Source of the DNA: Camelus dromedarius
Taxonomy: Eukaryota
NCBI RefSeq assembly: GCF_036321535.1
Contig: NC_087436.1
Coordinates: 16,058,001 to 16,122,000, forward strand
DNA: 64,000 nucleotides
Direction of reading: 5' to 3'
The translations under genes were made by a program, and so were the position numbers. Below the pieces are notes generated by a model. The model saw only the letters and a list, made by a program, of their open reading frames with translations, was not told the DNA's origin and searched no databases. Below, one piece after another: positions 26,541 to 39,575 of the stretch (positions are counted from its first letter, which is position 1; every line of letters begins with the position of its first letter).

Positions 26541-27102
26541 ATTCAATTATGTCAGTTACTGTCTTATTGTAATTCCTATTACAAGGTCAAATTGAAATAA
26601 AGTATTTATAAATTTAAAAAATGTGTACAGGTTAGAAAGAATTAACTTCGTATGCAAATAAAGACTGAACAATGAGAAATTAATTCATCTCTTTGGCTAC
26701 ATATATTACCTATAGTGTTGAATTGATAATTGCGTGCACTTTTATTTAGGTATAATATTTTTATTAAGTCTGAAGGTATTTTAAATTCAACTTAAATGCC
26801 TTTCCTTTTTGCAAAGTTGCATTCCTTTCCTATGTAAAAAGTCTTCAAAATAATTGTCACTATTATGGTGGAGGAAATATATTATTTAAGGTAAAGGTTT
26901 TCTTCAACAGAAACATGGACGTGATAGTCAATTACTTATTTTTTGTCTTATTGTATAGTAAGTTAAGAGAGTGATGGCTTCCTCAGGAAGAGAAAACTGA
27001 GACTTGGAAGCACTCCCAAATCACATGGCAGTAACCATAATAACCCTGAAACCAGTAGAGTCAGCTACTTGGCAATTTGATTGTTATATCAGTTTTATAT
27101 GT

Positions 27103-27262
27103 CTGTATTGTCTGATATGGTAGGCACTAGCTCTTTGTGGCAATTAAACTCTTGAAATGTGGCTAATTTGTCTTGAAATGTGCTGCAGATGTAAAATACA
27201 CATCATTTTCAGAGACTTAGTGAAAAAATGTTAAAAAATAAATAATTTTTGTATTCATTTTC
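27103..27262. mobile_element. MER3/MER33-like hAT-Charlie fragment
   Basis: tgtctgatatggtaggcactagc...ttgaaatgtggcta...gtaaaatacacatcattttcagagacttagt. Confidence 0.65.
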
Positions 27263-28731
27263 TCAGACCTATCTTCCATTTTACAAATTCCTCTGTTTAA
27301 TTCATTCCTGATTTTTTAAATTTCAGTGAATATCCTTTTCATTTTTAGAAATATCATTTTATTTTCCATTTTTCTTATTTAAAAATAATCTTAATCTTTA
27401 TCATGTATATAATTCTTCTATGTTTTAATAATTGGAAGTATACTGATTTATAGTTTATTTAATAATAGAACATTGGGAGAGGGGGCATCTAACCTTACTG
27501 TTCGTTATATCTTTTGACTATAGTTCATTGCATAATTGTAAAATGCATTGTGGTTTGTGAATATGGTTTTTCTTCAGTATAGCTTTATCAGTGAGAAGGC
27601 TTTATATCTTGTCTGAAAGTGTGTCTCTTCAGAGGGCTTTCATATTTGCTTCTGCCTTGTGTTCTGGGCATATTACTAGCCAGTACTGCTTTAACACCAA
27701 TTTCTCAGTTTGGACTACAAGCCAGTGTATTGACAAGTCCATGATTAGTTGGTTGATACATTTCCTTTCACTGAAAGTATAGCTTTAAAAGGTACTTGGC
27801 TTTATGATGATGTCTAAGTTTAAACTCTGTGCCTTGCACTGACCCAAGTCTTCTATTGTCATGTGGTCATTAAACAAACGCCTCTTGGTCTTTAATGAGA
27901 ACCCCTTTCCCAGCGTGCATGCACATAGATGCACTTGCTCAAATTCTTAGCTAAGGCAGTGATAGTACCTGATTATGCTTACTTATTTGATTTTGGAATC
28001 TTCATTTGATTTTTTTAACTGAGGGTTTTCTTTACTTTCTTTCAAGTCAACTCTGCATTTAAAAAAACAAATTTTTTCTCTGTATTTTAGTCACTTTTCT
28101 GGATATTTTATGGGGGTATACTTTCAACAGTATTTACCAGAAATGTTATCCATGTAATTGTCTTTAAGTATCATAATTTAGGTGAGGAGAAGCAGCTCTG
28201 TCTGCTTAGGGGACAGCCATATAAACTATTGAGTCACATACAACCGCCAAATTAATTTGCATTAATTTTTAAAAAAAGAATTACTTCCCGAGAAGCCCCT
28301 AAAATATACTTGGAGGGGTTGTTTTTGAGAGAAGACTGTATTTTAGGTATTTTTAGTATTTTAGGTATCTGTGTACAATAAGAGCTATATCTTGCCAGGA
28401 ATAGGAGTTGGTTGTTAATATGGTAAGTTATGGGCTTTTTATTTATTTTTTTTTGTTTTAAAAAACCATTTACTTTGCTGACTAAGCAGGCTTTTTAAAC
28501 TATGAGTTCCTAATTGATAAAAATATAATTTGTATGATTAGGAGTAAAATGAGTTTTAAATTATATAATAATCTAAACTAGTGCTTTTCAAACAGTGATG
28601 AAAGACCAGATTTTTGAAGTCCAAATTTTATCATAGATATGTAACTTTTCTAAAATAAAATAAAAATGTATTATAGAAAAAATAAAAATTAAATTGTAAC
28701 ATAGCTAGTTTTTTGCTATTAAAGTCAGTGG

Positions 28732-28939
28732 CAGGGGGCCCTCTTAATCCCTTACCTTCGGAGACAGTCTATGGAGTGTGTATCTACTTCAACTTTAAAC
28801 TAAGCAAGCACCCAACCCACACCTCGTGGCCTTTCTCTTGCCTTCTGAGAAGGCCTGCACTCTGTCTGTGGAGTGTACTTCTCCCTGAATCAGTTTCCTT
28901 CTACTCAAAAAAAGAAAAGAAAAAAAAAGAAAAGAATAG
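28732..28939 (+). mobile_element. Retroposed LTR-like fragment with A-rich tail and TSD
   Basis: 175-bp GC-richer insert followed by an A-rich tail (28907-28939). TSD aagtcagtgg at 28722-28731 / 28940-28949. Confidence 0.75.
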
Positions 28940-29703
28940 AAGTCAGTGGGTAAGAGTACTTTTCAATAAATAAAACAAACATAACCTAAGAAGAAAGAAA
29001 AGAATTACAAAAGTTACATAGGGTCACTGAAAGAGTGCAACTGATACGAAGAATTTCAGTTCTACATGACTTTCTTGTTCCAGAGTTGTATCTAAACAGA
29101 AAGTTATGGATGAAATAGCAGTTCTTTGTATTAAATGTCTAGTGCACACTTTGAACAAACTCCGTTTGTTATAATATGCAAAGCTTTTATAAATTTGATT
29201 TTTTTTATATTTAGTTTTTAATGTGGCAAATGAGGTTGCTTTGTAAAAAACTTAAAATCTACTTTGGTTTAGTAGAGCATTACAGTACTTCAGAGGATAA
29301 CGAAATTGTTTCACTCTTTTAGTATTGTTAATGGTATCGATAATAACATTAATAGCTCAGAGTTATGTTGATGAGACTGGAAGCAGTGATTTTTTAAGCA
29401 GTCTCAGCTGCTCAAGACACTCGTTTTCAGCTTTTATCCAAAGTGAAGCAAGAGATGCTCTGTTTTGAAACTTTTATTTCCATTTCTCCATCATGACCAG
29501 TTCCACTCATTTGCTCTATAAATTTATAGTTCAATTTAAATTATCTTTTGATGAGAGAAATGGATTTTACAGCCTTGAATATTCTAAGCTTAGATCTTTT
29601 TATGGAAACATTTTCAAAACATTCTGTTGCATATTTCACCAGGTGTCTGGTGATAACTTTTCACACATGAGCAATTTGAAGATCATTATTACCTTGTTGA
29701 TTA

Positions 29704-30596
29704 CAGCTGTCCTTTGATATCCTCAGGGGATTGGTTCCAGGACAGCCCCTTGGATACCAAAATCCAAGGATGTTCAGGTTCCTTATATAAAATGGTGTAG
29801 TATTTACATAAACCTAAGCACACCCTCCCATATTCACTCATTCACTCATTCATCTTTCTTTCCTTTTTTCCTTCCTTCCTTTCCTTCCTTTCTTCCTCCC
29901 TCCCTTCCTCCCCTTCCTCCCCCCTCTGCATTCTCCCCTTCCTTCCCTCTTTCTTTCTTGAGATATAGTTAATGTACAATATTATATAACTTTTAGGTGT
30001 ACAACATAGTGATTCACAATTTTAAAGGTTATATCCCATTTATTATTATTATAAAATATTGGCTATATTCCCTGTTGTACTGTATACCCTTGTAGCTTAT
30101 TTATTTTATACATAATTGTTGTGCCTCTTAATCCCCTGTCCCTGTCTTGCTCCTCTTCCTTTCTACCCTCTCCCCACTGGTACCCACTAGTTTATTCTCT
30201 GTATCTATGAGTTTGTTTCTTTTTTGTTATATTCACTAGTTTTATTTTTTAGATTTCACATGTAAATGATATCATATAGTATTGTCTTTCTCTATTTGAC
30301 TTATTTCACTTAGCTTAATATCTTCCACGTCCATCCACATTGTTCCAAATGGCAAATTTTCATTTTTTATGGCTGAGTAATATTCTACTCTCTTGATCAC
30401 TTATAATTACCTACTAAAATGTAAATGCTATGTAAACAGTTGTAAATACAATGTAAATGATAGGCAAGTAGTTGCTGGCACCTAGCAAATTCAAATTTTG
30501 GTTTTTGGAACTTTCTGGATTTTCTTTTGGAATATTTTTGACTTGTAGTTGGTTGAATCTGTGGATGCAGAACCCATAGATACGGAAGGCTGACTG
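29704..30596. mobile_element. MER2 (Tigger) element split by an antisense L1 3' end and its microsatellite tail
   Basis: cagctgtcctttgatatcctcaggggattggttccaggac...gcagaacccatagatacggaaggctgactg, with TA flanks. Confidence 0.82.
29835..30390 (-). mobile_element. L1 3' UTR fragment whose tail has turned into (TTCA/TTCC)n
   Basis: ttgagatatagttaatgtacaatattata...ttttttatggctgagtaatattc. Pyrimidine repeat at 29835-29958. Confidence 0.82.
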
Positions 30597-30659
30597 TACT
30601 GTTAAATTATGGAATAAGTCATAAAAATCTGTATAAGCTCTACTTTGCTAAGCTTATAA

Positions 30660-31198
30660 TGTTGCTGAAAAAAACCGGCCTCTGTACCTTGATAGCTGAA
30701 TTGAGACTCAGAGGCAGGGTTTTGGGAATTAGAAAAGAACAGCTTTATTGCTTTGCCAGGGAAAGGGGCATCACAGAGACCGTGAATCCTCCTTGGGGTC
30801 GGGGTCCTGAGGTTTTATAGAAAAATCAGATGAAACAGAAAGGCGATGACAGTCAGGGTGTTTTCCGGGGTGCTGTAGTCTCCTTGATCTTGAACCCACC
30901 TGGCACCACAGAGATGCTCCAGAGGGTCTGTTCATTCTACTGAGGCTGTCAGCCCATGACCGTCTTCCTGGAATACAGCTTCTGGGTTAAAGGACAAGCT
31001 ATTATGGTAAAGAATGTTTAGGGAATGGAGAGTATAGTAGGAAAGATGGGGACTATTTAGCTCAAAAGCAGTTGAGCAAGTGAAGCAGAGGTGGGGGTTT
31101 GTCAGAGAAAGGGAAAAACAAGTGAGAATTTTAAGTGAGAATGAATCAGCAAACAGCTTTAGCATCAGGAAAGCCATTTTGTTAGTTTTGTACGCTCA
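30660..31198 (-). mobile_element. ERV1-class solo LTR related to 21943-22408
   Basis: TG...CA ends, TSD ataa (30656-30659 / 31199-31202). Shares gcctctgtacc...gctgaattgaga...gaaaagaacag.tttattgctttgccagg with the 21943 copy. Confidence 0.85.
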
Positions 31199-31997
31199 AT
31201 AACTTTTCAATCTTATCTAACACTGAATAACGTGCAATATGTTATGTTAAGGTAATTAAAATACTGAAGATAACAGACACATATGACTATTGAATTGACA
31301 TCTTTAAAAGTTGTGGTTCACACATTCTTGCAAGGGACATGCTTTGAACTGTCATATGTATGCATACAATCAGTAACAGTTATTTAATGTCACCTTCTAT
31401 GTTACCACATAATAAAGAAGAAATTCTTGAAATTAATGTTAAACTTAATGTAATTCTCATTTTTTATTTCATCACTAACTACACTGTAGTTTATGTGACC
31501 TTTTTTATGGTAGTAAGACTGTCTAGATGAAGGAAGCTGGCCCAACCTCTTAAATATTTGATTACCCCAGAATATTTTCTCAAGTGTTGTTACCTGGGCT
31601 ATCAGAATATTTCCTAAACAAAAGATAAATATTTGATGATAATGTAATTATTCATAGTTTTATAGTGTTCAGAGCTAGTTATGTTTGTCATTAGTGAAGC
31701 AGAAAAAAATTTTTTCCCTTGTTATTATCATATTCAAATTTCACTTATTCTAAAAAAATTTTTCATGTTAGCAAAATGTATGCAATGTTCAAGTTGTGTT
31801 GAAAAACACTTAGCTGGTTATTTTGTTCTAATAGTAGATCTTCATTAGCTAGTTTTTGAATATATTAAGCTCTGGTCTCATTGGAAAGTGGTACCTGAGC
31901 TACCTTCTTAGCTACAATTTGCCAGTATTTCCTAGAAATGTCATTAATGTAGCATTACACTAATGTCTTGGCAAATATGTGTGTATTCACGTACATA

Positions 31998-32332
31998 CAG
32001 TTGACCTTTGAACAGCACAGGTTTTAACTGTGGGTCCACTTACATGGGGATTTTTTTTCAATAAATATAGCATTTACATTTATTTATGTATTATTTTTTT
32101 CAATAAATAAACCAATCTGAGTTTGGTTGAATCTATGCATGCAGAACCACGGACAAGAAGGGTTGACTATCTATGGGACCTGTGTATCTGCAGATTTTGG
32201 TATTCAGGACAGGTCCTGGAACCAGTTCCCTGCGGGTAATGAGGGACAACTGTATTTTTGGATTTTGGATTAATGGATTTTTGGCTGCACAGAGTTGGTG
32301 CCCCTAATTCTCGTGTTGTTCAAGGGTCAATG
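31998..32332. mobile_element. Tigger2a-like DNA transposon
   Basis: Terminal inverted repeats cagttgacctttgaaca / tgttcaagggtcaatg. Confidence 0.8.
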
Positions 32333-32889
32333 ATATACAAATAAAAAAATATCTAATTATGTTTTGGTAACATGATGTGCTACTTTATAATAAGTCTGTT
32401 ACTGTGGTTTTTGTGTGAAATACTGCACATCTGCTTTTGTTGGCTTTTTAATTCAATATTCATTCTTACGAATACTCCATTTGTCTTTGAATAATTTTCT
32501 TTGTGTTTTAAACTGCTTAATTTTTGTGGTTGTACTAATCCATTATCATTTATGGCTGCAATACTACTGCTGCCTGCTACTGTTCTGAACCCATCAGATG
32601 TAGCAAAGCTAAGTTTATTATGTACCACAGTCAGTGAGACTGCTGTCTTGACAGAATCTTACAAGTATCTCAGGAGGAGGAGGTTGAGGTAGATATTTAT
32701 AGTTCTGAGGTATTAGCTCACTTGGTTTTTAGTAGGTTTTTCCATGCGGGGATCTGATTGGAGGTATGTAAAATTTGTCATATAATAGTTCGGTATTTAG
32801 GGAAAGGAAGGCAACAGTCTTGAGGCAACAGTTGTTAGTAAATAGTTGGTTGATAAATCTTTTTTTTTTTATCCCGCACTGGTGTTCCC

Positions 32890-33435
32890 TTCATTTTCCA
32901 CAAAATAGCCAGCATAATCATCCTGAAACACTAGTTTCAAAATGTTTATGCTGATCATGTAGAAAACCATCCAGTATTTTCTTGTACTGGAGAGTAAACC
33001 TACTATCGTGACTATGATCCACAAGACCCATTATATATAATGTGGCCCCTACTTAGCATTCCCACCTCACATCAAGTACTGTGCTCTTTTTCACCTTATT
33101 CTTCAGTTAAAATACTCTTTCATTTACCCTGACTTCACTCCTCTTGCAGATTCACCTGTAGGTGTCACTTTTACACAAAAGCCTCCTTTGCTATCATCCT
33201 CTAGCCCCAGCAGTCCCCATCCAATGTAAATCTTAAATCACATCTTCCTGCTATAACCTCTCTTACCACTTACCACTGGTTTGTAATTATATGTACTTGT
33301 ATGTTATTTTGTTTCCTGCTCTTCTGTGTGCTGCGTGAAGTCAGGAACTCTGTCCATCACATATCCCTAGTGCCTGGCATTTCGCCTTACACATAGTAGA
33401 TTCTCAGTGAATAATTGGTCAGTAAATGAATGCTG
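32890..33435 (+). mobile_element. L2 3' fragment
   Basis: Ends atccctagtgcctggc...acatagtagattctcagtgaataattggtcagtaaatgaatg, a typical L2 tail. Confidence 0.65.
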
Positions 33436-35714
33436 ATTAAAGCCTACCCATTTGGTTTCTTTTTCTCTTTTTTTCTACTTAAAATTGAGAATGGTGGTTC
33501 TCTAAAGAAACCAAGGATTCAATTCGGTGAGAAAGGCCATGGCATAACTGTTTTCTACCTATTACCAGCAAGAGTGATAGGTTGTAATAGTGTCTCAAAT
33601 TACCATGATTGGTGCCTTTCAAATTACAGCTTTGAGTTCCTCAATCCAAAAAGATCTCATTGTCCTTGAAATTAAGGAATAGGGAGGTTGAACTATAAAA
33701 TACAGGTTAGCACTGTTTATATTAAAAAATTACAAGGAGCATTGTTGGCCATATTCTTTGAGCTTCTCTCTGGTGTTTAAAGGTAACGTAAATTTGAAAC
33801 TGTTTTAACAGTGTTATGACAGGAACATGGGGTTAGAAATCATGATTCTGTGCTCTACAACTTGTTAGTTGGAAGGTATTGGGGAGAATTCACTGAAGCT
33901 CTCTGAATCTTAGTTTTCCTTCTATAAAATGGATGTAGGGAAACCTTAATCAAAGGTGTTAATTGTGGAAAGTGAATTTTTATATTTTATGTTTTTATAT
34001 TAATATTATGTGTAAATACTATATATTTTTATTTTATATAAGGTAATTTTATATAAATGTATAATATGGTAAAATAGTTTATTCACTATTTGATTTTGCA
34101 TTAGTGTATATTCTGAATAATCTTGTGTTATGTAGATTCCAACTTAAATTAAGAAACCAAACTTACAGGATTTCTGATACTATTCTGATACTTCATTTTT
34201 AGAGTTTTTTTTTTCATTTCTGTTATAAAATACTGGTTTAGAATATAGATAGGAAATGCATTTCCTTGTAAGAACTTAAATAAGTTACTTTGTTGATGCT
34301 TTTTTGTTTTGAAAATGAGTTTTTTAGTATTGTTTTTTCTAAAATATGCTTTTCTAAAAGCTATTCAAGGATGAAATTGTTGAAATGGTACTTGTGAGTT
34401 ATAAGTAGCATCTGATTAATAGTATTTTTTACTTGAACTTCAAATATTAGAGATAACTATAAATACAAGTTGAAATTTAAGGTAATTTACCAATTCTGTA
34501 TATCAGTACTATTTTTTTTGTATGTTTAAGAATGATTAAGTCTTTTTTATTTAAGTCATGGAAACCATTTCAGCTGACTTTATAACATAACTGCAGACCA
34601 TATATTTGTCTCATGATTTCTCCCATCAAAGCATGAAGAAGTGAATTATTGAAAAGATAAAAATAAATTTGTTTGCTTTCTGTCAGAGTTCATATCCGCA
34701 GCCAACCTTGATAGAAGGCCAGAATGATTTAGACAAGTTTGCTTTGGAGATTCATAACATATGCTTGCTGGACAGAATTGAGTTATCTCTGCTCTGGAGA
34801 GTAAGTTATTGTAGCAGGAGCTGACAGAGATGAAGATAACTGAGGGAAATTCAATTACCTTTTAGTGTTTTCTTTCTAATAGGATTCTTAATGTGAAAAA
34901 GATCCTTATATGATGCGCCTATGTTACGTGTGAGATCTTCCTTGATACCTGATTCCAGAACACCATGAATGTTCAGTTCCAGCCCTTCATTAAGTATGAA
35001 ATAGGTAGCTTACTATTAAGAGGAGTTTTGATTGAGAGCTCTTAGTTTTACTTGATGTCATTGATCTTTGTAATCATTGACCACCCTCTGTGGTTTTCTT
35101 TAACAAAGTACATATTATTTTGTATGAGTTTATTATTTAATATGTTGGGATTTTTTTTCCCTTCCTCTCAAATGGCCTTTCTGGAAGTATGTTGTGGCTT
35201 CTCAGTGTTGATATAATTGATATCTGTCTAATTATCATATACTGAGGCTTGGCAACCTTGTGTAAATGCTGTTAGAGTTCTCAAGCTTCCATTTTCACTT
35301 TGCTTTGTCATTCTCCCAGACTTTCTGCTAGAATGGTGCCTTCACTTTCTCACTCCCTTTGACTGTTCGGTGTGCTACTGTGTGACTGTGTCTTGCAGCC
35401 TGGCTACTCTCCTTTCCTTTTCATCTCCAATCCTGGAACAAAAGTATTAAAAATGTTCTCTTGAATATTATTATTAATGGTCTAATTACACAATCCTTAG
35501 GCTCTTTTTTATTCCTCATGTTCTTTGATCTGTGCATCTTTGACATTGATGATCAACCCTTCCTTTTGAAATTCTTTGTTTGCTTGACTTTGTTGCCAGG
35601 TGCTTTTCTTGCTAGTTTTTCTTCTCATGGTTCTCCTTCTAGTTTATTTCTATCTCCATTTCTTAGTTCTTTACCAAAAGTATAGGTCTTCACAAGAGTA
35701 CTTCATTGATACTT

Positions 35715-35883
35715 CTTTTGTTATTGTTTTTGGTTTAAAAAAATTTTTTTGTTTGTTTTTTATGAGGAAGGAGTAATTTGGTTTGTTCATTCATTCATTT
35801 ATTTAATGGAGGTACTGGGGATTGAACCTAGGACCTTCTGCATGCTAAGCATGCACTGTACCACTGAGCTGTACTCTCCCCCC
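35715..35883 (-). mobile_element. tRNA-derived SINE (vic-1-like)
   Basis: ggaggtactggggattgaacctaggaccttctgcatgctaagcatgcactgtaccactgagctgtactctccccc. Perfect TSD tcattgatactt at 35703-35714 / 35884-35895. Confidence 0.92.
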
Positions 35884-36049
35884 TCATTGATACTTTTTAC
35901 TTTTATATTCTTTAATAATTTTATATTATGTCAGCATCATGTAAAACTTCTATATAAAAGACATTAAATATTTTTTACATTTAAAATTTAAAAATATTTA
36001 ATGTCTTCTCTTGATAATTAAAAATTTAAATATTCTGAGGACTCATGGA

Positions 36050-37320
36050 GTGAAAAATCTCTAATCTCTTCTAGGATGCCTCCCACCTCCTCACTTTTAT
36101 AGGAAGCCATGGTTAGTTTCTTGTGAATCCTGTCAAGGTTTGTTTATGTACACATATACAAATAGGAATATGTATTCTTATCCTCCATTCTTTATACAAA
36201 TGCTAACATGTCTGTAATGTCCTATATTTTGTTTTTTAAACTTCATTTTATTTTTTGGAGATCCCTTACATGCCCATCAGCAGTGTATGAGTGTTTCCTC
36301 ATAGATGTGTTGTCAAACTTTTAGACTTGTGTTATTCTCATAGATAATGTGTGGTAGTATGTAGTTTTCATTTGTATTTCTCAGTGTAGTTTTAACTTGT
36401 ATTTCTCTTTTTTATGAGTGAGGTTAATTATCCTTGGGCCTTTTTTATTTCCCTTTTTGAGAAAATATCCTTTACCTGTTCTTCTGGATGTTTTTCTTAC
36501 TGATTGTAGAAGATCTCTGTATATTAAGGAATTAACTCTCTGAGATATGTTATAAATAATTATGCCAGTTTGTTGACTTACATATGGTCAAATTTTTGGC
36601 ATCCTGCAGAAATTTTTTACAAAGTGTTTTTTTGTTTAATTTATGAATGTTTTCTTTTATGACTTCTAGTTCTTGAGTTGGTAGTTAGAAAGGTCTTCCA
36701 AATGCATAAATTATAAAGGAGTTTCTCCTAGTATTTCTTACTTCACTTATTTGTACTTTATCTTTGGATAAACTGTCATATGAATCTAACTTTTATATGA
36801 CGATCTAATTTTCCTTATACCAGCTACCACATGGTCCAAATTTCCTCCTCTGCTCTGAGATGCCCTTGTTATCCTGTACTAAATGCTTCTATGTTTTGAG
36901 GTCTACTTTTTAATATACTGTATTTCCCTGTAAGTCTCTGTGATTTCATGTATTGGTGTCAATTTTTTAAAAATTATTGAGGCTTTATAATGTGTTTTAA
37001 TAGCAATAGGGCTATGCTCTTCCTTCCCTCATTGACTTACAGTATTTTTCAGAATTGTTTACTAATAATGTAAGATTCAGCTTGTCTGATTCAAAAAACT
37101 GTTTTTATTTGATTCTCTTAGGCTTTTCAGGTGTATAATCATTTTGTGCTTGGATAGTGATAGTTTTTCCTTCTTATTTCCAACTTTTATTCTTCAAATT
37201 GCTTTTTCTTATCTAATTGAATTGGCTTATTCAATTATTATTAGTGAGTAATAATAATTATTTTATTGTGGACTGCCATTTCTGTTCACTAATGTTATAT
37301 TTGTTATTTTACCATTCTTG
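36050..37320 (-). mobile_element. Old L1M(E)-like fragments
   Basis: gtagttttaacttgtatttctc...atgagtgaggtt, tattaaggaattaactct and gttagaaaggtcttcc are decayed antisense L1 motifs. Confidence 0.6.
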
Positions 37321-38760
37321 TATGAGTGCAACATTTTTTGTTTTTTGATTCCACATGCAGGTGAATACTCATTTAGTTGTGTTTTATTTTTTGTTTTTGA
37401 TGAAAAATCAATCCAATTTTGTCATGTTTAAGTGGAGCAGTAGCGTCAATAGTGTGCTTTTTTTATATTATAGACATTCATGGATTGACTGATGGCATTT
37501 TAATGTAATGATAATCCAGCGTAATGGTTATCAACTCATTGCAAGTTTTACTCTTTCACTTTAAGCAATCATAAATAATATAAATTCATTGATTTTTATG
37601 CTGACACTTGAACTTAATTTGTGATTAATTTGATTATAGTTGTATGAACTATGAGCATTTGAAATGCTTCTACATCTCTACCATTCAGATAATCTCAAAT
37701 CTATTTTTATTGATTTGTTTAGATTATTATGGAAATAAAAACAAAAATAAGTGTCTTTTAAACGTAGAATTCAGATATATCCTGGGATTAGAAGGTTATC
37801 CTGGGAAACCCTGTGTTAAGAAAAAAATTTTTTTGGATCAGTGGCTTTTTTTAAATTAAAAAAAATTAATTTGAAGAATACATGTGGGAAAAAGGAAGGA
37901 AGAAAAAATATAGCAATAAAGAATGGTACAAAGTAAAAAGAGGACATGTTTCTATTGTATCTCTCAAGATAATGGTTTGGCACATAGCTTTTCAGACTTT
38001 TTATTACAAATATACACTTTGTGTATAATTGTATGAATATACATTTCACACATAATATATATTTAACCTATTTAGCTAAAAATGCAATTACATTATGTAA
38101 AATGTTATATATTTTGAGTCGACTGTTGAGAATCTGACCTTGAAAAATTTATGCAAACATAACTATGAAATGTACATGTAATTTTTGAAGATTTACAAAT
38201 TCTGACTTGAAAGTGTCTTTCGTAAGGGTCTGTGTGGTTTGCAGATATCACTTCTCCTATAGCAGTTATGTAGGGGAAATAGAGGTTAACATTCCACTGG
38301 TATTTCTCTTTGTTATGGATATTACGTTTTTAAATTCTGGATTATGTTATTCTTCTTGGAGACCTTGTGAGAGTTATTTGTAGCCATTTAAAAATGTTTC
38401 AAATTTTTTTTTGTGTCTACTGAGGTTAACAAACCTTAGATATTGACTCCTTTATAATGGGATCTGATTGTTATTATAATTTCAATACCTAATATAGACT
38501 TGGGACAAGGAAGTTATCAATAAAATATTGCTAAATGAATGAAGGTGTTAACTAATACAGGATAGAATATAGGATTAATGAAGGTTTACATACCTGACTA
38601 AGAAAAATTGGGGGATTTAGTCTTTTACTGTGAGATCCTACATTTCTTTTAGAGTAGGAAAGTGTTCTGATCACATCCTAGTAGAAGTGTAAAGAAAAGT
38701 AGCAGTCATTATGCTCCCTTGTGTTGCTTATTAGGTTGCCACTGTTTTTCTTTCTTCCCC

Positions 38761-39575
38761 ACTTTATTGAAGTATGATTGACAAATGAATATTGTATATT
38801 CAACGTGCATAACATGATGTTTTGATATATGTGTACATTGTGAGGTGATTACCACAATTGAGCAAATTAACTTACCCATCACCTCACACTATTTTTTATC
38901 TTTGTGGATGAACACTTGATATCTTCTCTCAGCAAATTTCAAGTACATAGTAATTCTTATTAACTATTGTTACCATGCTGTACATTAGATATCCAGAATT
39001 TGCTAATCTCAGAATTTAAATTCTGTACCCTTTGATCAATATCTTCCCTTTCCCCCACCTCAGCCTTTAGCTACTACCATTCTACTCTCTTACCATTGGT
39101 TAAACTTTTTTGTTTTTGAGTTCCACATATAAGTGAAATCATGTAATATTTGTCTTTCCGTGTATGGCTTATCTCACATAGCATTACTGTCCTCTAGATT
39201 CATCCATGCATCACAGCTGGCAAGCTCTCCCCGCCCCCCAACCCCTTTTAAGGCTGAATAATACTCCATTATGTGTGTATACCACATTGTGTTTATCCAT
39301 TTATCTGTCATTGAATACTTAAGATGTTTCCATGTTTTTGCTATTTTTAATAATGCTGTAATGAATATAGAAGTGCAGATATCTCTTGGAGAAAGTGATT
39401 TATTTCCTTTGAATATAAAGAAGTGGGTTGCTGGATTATATGGTAGTTTTATTTTGAATTTTTTGAGGAACCTCCATGTGTTTTTCATAGTGGCTGCACC
39501 AATTTATATTCCAACCAACAGTGCATGAGGGTTTCCTTTCCTCTGCATCTTCCCCAACACTTGATGTTTCTTGTA
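38761..39575 (-). mobile_element. L1MA-like 3' end
   Basis: Minus ORF 39174-39488 (TWRFLKKFKIKLPYNPA...ICTSIFITALLKIAKTWK) plus 3' UTR starting actttattgaagtatgattgacaaa. Confidence 0.88.

Noticed and set aside
21943..31198. Full-length provirus bounded by two LTRs
   Set aside because: Each LTR has its own different TSD. The interior holds L2, MIR and MER elements and no gag/pol/env.
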